In this document: in pieces, positions 58,018 through 64,000 of the stretch | How positions within the stretch are numbered: position 1 is the first letter of the stretch | Layout: each line of letters opens with the position of its first letter | Assembly: GCA_938074745.1 (NCBI GenBank) | Contig: CALJEJ010000004.1 | Coordinates: 1,597 to 65,596 of the forward strand | Origin: an uncultured Endomicrobiia bacterium | GTDB lineage: Bacteria > Elusimicrobiota > Endomicrobiia > DTEH01 | Direction of reading: 5' to 3' | Length of the DNA: 64,000 nucleotides | Program-made: the position numbers and the translations under genes | Notes under the pieces: model-generated | Told to the model about the DNA's origin: nothing | Database searches by the model: none | Seen by the model: the letters and a program-made list of their open reading frames with translations, nothing else

Positions 58018-59307
58018 TTATTTCCAGATAAACCAAACAAACAAAAATGCAGGTAAAACTGCTGCTATTGTGAAAGGTAACCCAAGTTTTACAAAGTCAA
58101 TAAATGTAGATTTATAGCCAAGTTTCTTCAACATTCCCCAACTGACAATATTTGCCTGAGCACCTGTAGGAGTAATATTACCACCTAAAGTAGTTCCTAC
58201 CAAAAGACCAAATAAAAGAAGTTCTAACGGAACACCTATATTCGCAGAAATAACTCTTGCTACAGGTATCATCGTTAAAAAAAATGGTACATTGTCAACA
58301 AAACCTGAAATCAATATAGCAAAAATGGTAAACAAAGTATAAACTACAAACTTGTCCGAACCTACAATTTTTATCAACCCTGTGCCCAACTTTTCCACTA
58401 AACCAGAAATTTCTATACTTTTTACTAATACAAATACACCAGATAAAAAAAATACTGTTTCCCAGTCAAGTTCTTTAATCCCTTCAAGAAAACTTGTTTT
58501 TAACACAAATTTTTTTACTACTAAAGACACTAACCCATAAAATAAACATATCATACCAGCTATGGTTAAAAAATTTAATTTTTTATAATGTGAAATAATA
58601 ATTGATACAAATATCAATGTTAAAATTTTTAAACATAGGATATAAAATGGTATCCACGATTTTATTTTTGCTACAAGTTGAATTTTTAAATCTTCATATT
58701 TTTCTTTTGAAAATATATAATATAAAACAAAAAACGAACTTACTGCACCAAGTTCTACTGCAAAAAATATTGATGGCTTGTTTTTATAAAAAAAGAAATC
58801 AATAAAATTCATCCCTGTTGCGCCAGCAAGAAGCATACTTGGCGGGTCGCCAACCAATGTTGCAGTTCCTTGAATATTGCTTGAAATCGCTAAAGCAAAA
58901 AGTATTTTTGCAGGGTTAAGATTTAACTTTTTTGTAATCTGTATCGCTATCGGAGAGACAATAACCAACGTTGCAACGTTTTCTAAAAACATTGATAAAA
59001 AACCTGTAACAATACAAAGTAACAATATTGTCCATTTAACATTTTTTGTTTTTAATACGATTTTTTCAGCAATATATTCTGCAATACCACTTTCTACAAT
59101 TAAGTTTGATACTAAAAGTGTTCCAATAAAAATGTTTATTACATTAAAATCAATTCCATAAAGTGGTGAAGTTTGAAATTTGTTTATACATATAAATGTA
59201 AGGATAACAGATGAACCTACCGCTACAAATGTCCTTTTAGAAGGTATCAATACAAAAAGTATGTAGGTAGATAAAAAAATTAAAATTACCAAATTTTCAG
59301 GTTGCAT
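58018..59307 (-). CDS. ArsB/NhaD/CitMHS (SLC13-like) anion permease
   Basis: SMFLENVAT, SSNIQGTATLVGDPPS, SGFVDNVP, LGGNITPTGAQAN. Confidence 0.88.
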   Translation of the reverse strand: MQPENLVILIFLSTYILFVLIPSKRTFVAVGSSVILTFICINKFQTSPLYGIDFNVINIFIGTLLVSNLIVESGIAEYIAEKIVLKTKNVKWTILLLCIVTGFLSMFLENVATLVIVSPIAIQITKKLNLNPAKILFALAISSNIQGTATLVGDPPSMLLAGATGMNFIDFFFYKNKPSIFFAVELGAVSSFFVLYYIFSKEKYEDLKIQLVAKIKSWIPFYILCLKILTLIFVSIIISHYKKLNFLTIAGMICLFYGLVSLVVKKFVLKTSFLEGIKELDWETVFFLSGVFVLVKSIEISGLVEKLGTGLIKIVGSDKFVVYTLFTIFAILISGFVDNVPFFLTMIPVARVISANIGVPLELLLFGLLVGTTLGGNITPTGAQANIVSWGMLKKLGYKSTFIDFVKLGLPFTIAAVLPAFLFVWFIWK

Positions 59308-59340
59308 TTTCTTTAATTACAACTTTCGGTATTTTTTGTG

Positions 59341-59819
59341 ATAATTGCTAATAGTATTGATATTTTAAAAAAAACAAAATTTTGTGGAGAACAAACTATG
59401 TTATTATATTCTCTATCTCTTAATCTTTACTAATTTCTTTTACTTTAAACATAGAAGAAAAAAATTTATAATTTTGAACCCAACACTTTTTGTCTGTTTT
59501 TCAATATATTCAACACAATTTTTAGAACACACTGATATGAAAAAAATATACAACATCATGAATAATAACAGATTTTATTATTTTTGATTCAACCAAATCC
59601 AAGTATAATTCAACTAATGTAGTTTTAATATAAAATTTATTTTTCAAATATTTTATATTTACAAACAAAATTAATTTCGTCAAAAATAATTTTGAACTTA
59701 ACCGCTATTATTTCAATAATTTTCATCTTCCCTATTTTTAAACACGCTTTGTTAGTCCATATTCTTTTACTTTTCTTACTGGCTAATACTATTTTTGTTA
59801 CCATTTTTGTTTTAAACAC
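59341..59819 (-). pseudogene. mobA: Decayed molybdenum cofactor guanylyltransferase remnant
   Basis: VLASKKSKRIWTNKACLKIG resembles MobA ILAGGKSRRMGxDKAxL. Fragments SVCSKNCVEYIEKQ..KIINFF and NINTISNY (MobA NINTPEDY) follow in order, separated by stops and frameshifts. Confidence 0.72.
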
Positions 59820-59847
59820 AATATTAAAATAAATGTTAACTTTAATT

Positions 59848-60954
59848 TCAATATCTCATGTTTATATCAACTAAACAACATATTGCATCAAAGTTTAACA
59901 AAGTAGGAATAGAAGAAAAATTTTTGTTTGTATATCTTAAAGTTGTAGATAAGTTAACACTATGCAACAAGTTTCTTTGATATGAAAGAACTAAAAAGTT
60001 TGCATTGGTCTGTAGGTTCGTTACATATGATAAATTTATGTTATCTATTAAACTGTATAGAAAATTAAACTGTATTACAACATACTGTTGTGAAATAAAT
60101 GGATAATTTGGCAAAAACAAAATTTCTTCTTGAGCAAAGTTGTTGATATTAAAAGAGTTGTGAGTATATTCTACACGAAACACAAATTTTTCTTTCAACG
60201 AATAATCTGTTCCAAACATATAACTGTAACACCTTTTATTCTCATTTTTTGTATAGTTGTACAAAAACTCACCATATAAACCTAAAACAATATCCCCTTT
60301 AAACGAAAAACCTAAAGATAACCAGTCAAATTTCTTACGATAATAACCTACAGTAGACACATCCCAGCCAACTAATGTAAATCCTAACCTTGTAGCAAAC
60401 TCGTTCTCTTGAAGATTTGTTTTAGGTATAAAAACATTTTCAAAATATCCTGTATCTGAAACCTGTATTTTTGCTCGGAGAGCATCAATTCCTATCCTTG
60501 TAAAATTTATATCTGCAAAATCAATTTTTGAAAACATATTTAATGGGTTAAATATATATCCTTCGCCAAATTTTACCAACTGTCTTCCAGAATAAAAATC
60601 TAAAATACCATATTTAACCATAAGATACAATTTACGAATATCTATAGTGAACACAGTTTCATCATTAAGTTTTATTACATTTGTCCATAACGGAAAAAAA
60701 TTGTTATAGACACCATAAAAAATGTTAAAATCAACACTGAGGTCAAGTTTTGCAAACTCAGTATTTTTGGTGACAAAATTTAACCTTAATGTAGACCTAC
60801 CTAAATAAAAAGTGTCAGTTGAAACATCAGTTTCAGTAAGATATAACACTCCTGATGAAGTAAAAAAATATCCTGAAATATCTACAACTTCATTTTGTGA
60901 TACCAGTATTGATGGCAAAAAAAGTGTCATTAAAAAATATAAGAACCGTTTCAC
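59848..60954 (-). CDS. Hypothetical outer-membrane beta-barrel protein
   Basis: Signal peptide; IRKLY, GRQLVKFGEG..FNP, GIDAL motifs seen in barrels beside LolA-like/FtsX-like ABC loci; C-terminal Tyr. Confidence 0.6.
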   Translation of the reverse strand: MKRFLYFLMTLFLPSILVSQNEVVDISGYFFTSSGVLYLTETDVSTDTFYLGRSTLRLNFVTKNTEFAKLDLSVDFNIFYGVYNNFFPLWTNVIKLNDETVFTIDIRKLYLMVKYGILDFYSGRQLVKFGEGYIFNPLNMFSKIDFADINFTRIGIDALRAKIQVSDTGYFENVFIPKTNLQENEFATRLGFTLVGWDVSTVGYYRKKFDWLSLGFSFKGDIVLGLYGEFLYNYTKNENKRCYSYMFGTDYSLKEKFVFRVEYTHNSFNINNFAQEEILFLPNYPFISQQYVVIQFNFLYSLIDNINLSYVTNLQTNANFLVLSYQRNLLHSVNLSTTLRYTNKNFSSIPTLLNFDAICCLVDINMRY

Positions 60955-61685
60955 CGTTCTAAATACCGTCGGGAAAAATAATCTTCAGGGATGGATATAT
61001 CAAAACTTGCTTGTTCAATAATTACAACTGTTTTTGTATCTGTTTTAAGTTTATCAGAAACTACACTTTTTGCAGGATACACTCTGTGTTCGTAAAATTT
61101 TAACTCAGATGTTTCATAAACTTTTAACAATTTACCATTCTTTGCATACCTTTCTTCCTTTAACGGGACAAAATGTTTTTTACTAACCCACATCTTGCGT
61201 CTAAAATAACTTACATCTTTTACTTTTGATGTTAACAAAATTAAATAACAATCATAACTGTTATATTGTTCTTCACCCAAGAGTTCAATCTCGTATTTCT
61301 TATAAACTTCGTCTGATTCCATAATATCTTCGTAAGAAATATCGCTACCCATCATACCTTGTTTTAACAAATGTCCAGAAATTAAAAATGTATTTTCTTC
61401 TTCTTTATCATAAACCCACATTTTTTTGCCAAGTTTTAAATATCTTATATGTTTATCTTCTTTGTTCAGAAATTCAACATAAGAATTAATACCTTTAATC
61501 CATACATTAAACTTTTTTACTCTTACAGGTTGGTTCGGCAAATAAATCTCTATACGGACACTCATTGTTGCAGAATTAAAATTTAAGTTTTTATCAACTT
61601 TTTTTAAAATTTCTTCTCCAGTTATTGAAAAAAGTTGTGTTGTAAAAAATATGTTAAAAAACAAAAATAAAAAATTTTTTATCAT
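60951..61685 (-). CDS. LolA-like outer-membrane lipoprotein-sorting protein
   Basis: GEEILKKVD, MWVY, MMGSDISYED, GKLLK, YFSRRYL; start moved to 61685 (SD GAGGT). Confidence 0.85.
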   Translation of the reverse strand: MIKNFLFLFFNIFFTTQLFSITGEEILKKVDKNLNFNSATMSVRIEIYLPNQPVRVKKFNVWIKGINSYVEFLNKEDKHIRYLKLGKKMWVYDKEEENTFLISGHLLKQGMMGSDISYEDIMESDEVYKKYEIELLGEEQYNSYDCYLILLTSKVKDVSYFRRKMWVSKKHFVPLKEERYAKNGKLLKVYETSELKFYEHRVYPAKSVVSDKLKTDTKTVVIIEQASFDISIPEDYFSRRYLER

Positions 61686-61777
61686 ACCTCTAATCCTACC
61701 CGTCCAATGATAATATTTATAATTTATAGAAGTTATACCTAACAGATACAACTTTGGGACCAATTCATTATTTTTAT

Positions 61778-63064
61778 CTACACACTCTTCAACGCGTCAA
61801 CAGTTTTCATTTTAGATGCATATCGTGAAGGTAAAACTGAAACTATTGACGAAACTAAAATTCCTAACAACACTGACGATAAAATACTTGCTAAATTTAT
61901 ACTCCATCTAACTATGTTATCCATAGGGAAGTTCATATTACTCATTGAACTAGAAAAATCTATTCCATAAATAGACAATGGTATACTTATTAAAATTCCT
62001 AACAAAGCACCACATATGCTACCAACAGTACCTAACACCATACCTTCAAATGTAAATAGCATAAGTATTTGCACTTTTTTGAACCCCATAGATTTAAGTA
62101 TTCCTATCTCCCGTTTTCTCTCAAGTATAGTCATCAATATAATGTTTGTAATAATAAATGAACCAAGAAAAGTTATTGCTATGTATAAAAAATTGTATAT
62201 TTTCAACGCTTGGTACATCATTTTTACAAACCCGCCAGTTGTTTTCCAATCCGATGCAACAAGGTTTTTATATTCATCTTTTTTTAACAGTAACGAGTTT
62301 ATATATTTTGCAACTTTTTCTGCTTCTTTATACTTTTTAATCATAATAAGAATTTCGTGAACACCACCGTTTGTCCTTAAAACATATTTTGCATCTTCAA
62401 TATTCATCATAAAAACATTTTCATCAAACATATTAAGTCCTGTCTCAAAAATTCCTCTTACATAAAAACTTGGTATTCTAACACCAAAATCTATTCCTGA
62501 TAACATTAATGGAAAAGTATCACCTACTTTTAAATTTAGCATTTTGGCTAATTTTTTCCCTATAATTATTTCTCTATATTTTTTATTTCCTTTTACTACA
62601 AGTTTGTTTCTTAAATATTCTCCTTCTATTATAGATTTATCAAGCATCAACAACTTTTTTTCTTTTTCACTATCTCCTGCAATACAAACTGCAGTTTTGT
62701 TATTACCACTATATTGTAAAAGCACAGGAAATTTGATTCTTTCAGTAACAAATTCTATTTTCATTGAAACATTGACATCTGAAAGAATATATCCCAATAC
62801 ACTTTCTGGATTATAGACAATTTGTTGACTTGACGGAGAATTAATCTCTTCAAAATATTTTTTTGTAGTTATTCTTATATGTCCTGTTTCGTTCTTTATA
62901 GAATTTTTTATAATATTTTCTACAAGCCCATCTACAAGTCCTTGTAAAACAACTACAAGCATTATAGACAAACCAACTGATATAATAGACAAAACAGTTC
63001 TTCTTTTATTTCGTTTAATATTCCTTACTGCCATTTGTATTATTTTTTCCCATTCTTTATACAT
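61778..63064 (-). CDS. FtsX/LolE-like ABC transporter permease
   Basis: MAVRNIKRNKRRT, GHIRI, ERKREIGILKSMG, PSRYA. Confidence 0.9.
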   Translation of the reverse strand: MYKEWEKIIQMAVRNIKRNKRRTVLSIISVGLSIMLVVVLQGLVDGLVENIIKNSIKNETGHIRITTKKYFEEINSPSSQQIVYNPESVLGYILSDVNVSMKIEFVTERIKFPVLLQYSGNNKTAVCIAGDSEKEKKLLMLDKSIIEGEYLRNKLVVKGNKKYREIIIGKKLAKMLNLKVGDTFPLMLSGIDFGVRIPSFYVRGIFETGLNMFDENVFMMNIEDAKYVLRTNGGVHEILIMIKKYKEAEKVAKYINSLLLKKDEYKNLVASDWKTTGGFVKMMYQALKIYNFLYIAITFLGSFIITNIILMTILERKREIGILKSMGFKKVQILMLFTFEGMVLGTVGSICGALLGILISIPLSIYGIDFSSSMSNMNFPMDNIVRWSINLASILSSVLLGILVSSIVSVLPSRYASKMKTVDALKSV

Positions 63065-64000
63065 GTCTTAAACAATTTGTTATCTGAAGTTTAGAAGCGT
63101 ATCTTGCAGGAAAATATGATGAGAAAATTGCTATCAATATACCAAAACAAAAACAAAATATAAAAGCGTAAATGTTCCACTCACCGTATATTGTTCCCCA
63201 TACAGGCATACCAAGTTGTGACGGTTTAAGTCCTGTTGCTGTTTCACCATACATTTTTTCTAAATTCCATCCTAAATATACCAACCATAAGTTCACAAGA
63301 AAACCTAATAATATACCGAACAGGCCACCTATTACACCAATAAATCCGCCTTCAAACAAAAATAATCTTCTTATTTCTTTAGGTTTCAGTCCCATAGCCA
63401 TCAACACACCTATTTCTTTGATTCTTTCATACACAGCCATAAGTATTGTATTAACAATACCTACAGCTGAAATTAGCAAAATAAAAAATATTATAATTGA
63501 AGAAGAAATTCTTTTTTGTTTCATTAAAATTATAAACTCGTTATATAATTCTTTGAAAGAATATATTTTATATTCTTCTCCAAGTTTTTTTTGTAGTTCT
63601 TTAACAACTTCTGTTACTTTTCTTGTATAAGAAGGTATACTTTCACCTTTAGGCCAGGAAATTTTTATATGTAACGAAGTAACTGTACATTCAAGATCAA
63701 GCAATTCTTCTGCCGAGTTAAAAGTTAGCACTACAGTAGATTCGTTTATAGTAGGAACCACTGTTTCTAAAATGCCACAAACAACAAAATCTACTGCATT
63801 GTACGTCTCATATTTTGTTTGTGCTGATAACGTTATCGTATCACCCACTGTGACACCTAACTTTTTTGCAAGAACACTGCCAATTAGAATTTCGTTTTCT
63901 TTGTTGTTGTCAAAAAACCTCCCTTCTTTTACACTGTTGTGGAAGTCAAAAACTTTAGTATCTGTTTGTGGATTGACTATGGTTCCAATGATATATTGTG
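63057..64000 (-). CDS. FtsX/LolE-like ABC transporter permease (5' part outside the window)
   Basis: ILIGSVLAKKLGVTVGD, ERIKEIGVLMAMG, FPARYA; frame open to the window end. Confidence 0.88.
   Translation of the reverse strand, partial: QYIIGTIVNPQTDTKVFDFHNSVKEGRFFDNNKENEILIGSVLAKKLGVTVGDTITLSAQTKYETYNAVDFVVCGILETVVPTINESTVVLTFNSAEELLDLECTVTSLHIKISWPKGESIPSYTRKVTEVVKELQKKLGEEYKIYSFKELYNEFIILMKQKRISSSIIIFFILLISAVGIVNTILMAVYERIKEIGVLMAMGLKPKEIRRLFLFEGGFIGVIGGLFGILLGFLVNLWLVYLGWNLEKMYGETATGLKPSQLGMPVWGTIYGEWNIYAFIFCFCFGILIAIFSSYFPARYASKLQITNCLRHV

Noticed and set aside
59384..59587. 67-aa plus-strand ORF
   Set aside because: It is antisense to the mobA remnant and low in complexity.
558..63630. 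The many short plus-strand ORFs in the track (e.g. 3571-4107, 26075-26443, 63172-63630)
   Set aside because: They are antisense shadows of well-supported minus-strand genes and have no recognisable motifs.
1..64000. CRISPR arrays, IS elements, prophage, rRNA
   Set aside because: No spaced direct repeats, transposase or phage genes, or rRNA-like segments were seen, and the gaps are too short to hold them.

Overview
An AT-rich, gene-dense chromosomal segment from a diderm anaerobic bacterium (lpxD, lipoproteins, ExbB). The gene set and pilin style are compatible with Elusimicrobiota, but this is inference. Almost every gene is on the minus strand. The housekeeping backbone has trxB, folC, an orphan trpB, lpxD, rplM-rpsI, coaE, polA, xerC-topA-dprA, hisS, rho, a degenerate priA and three tRNAs (Val-CAC, Ser-UGA, Pro-GGG), none with an encoded CCA. 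The main candidate for a new system is a ~16 kb locus (20.8-36.6 kb). It holds three paralogous tungstopterin aldehyde:ferredoxin oxidoreductase (AOR) family subunits, three 4x[4Fe-4S] subunits, MoaD, an 8-oxoguanine-deaminase-type amidohydrolase, a PreA/DHODH-like flavo-FeS protein lacking the catalytic Cys, TauE, a radical SAM enzyme, EndoQ, a DUF151 nuclease and glutamate dehydrogenase. I propose it as a W-enzyme-based purine/heterocycle catabolic module. Reading beyond the ORF track also showed a decayed mobA pseudogene, a pilin gene with an in-frame TGA, a small membrane gene split at an A_AAA_AAG slippery site, a C-rich rho leader, and a tRNA starting directly after the lpxD stop codon. 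I saw no CRISPR array, rRNA, transposase or prophage. All calls come from motif recognition by eye; no searches were run.
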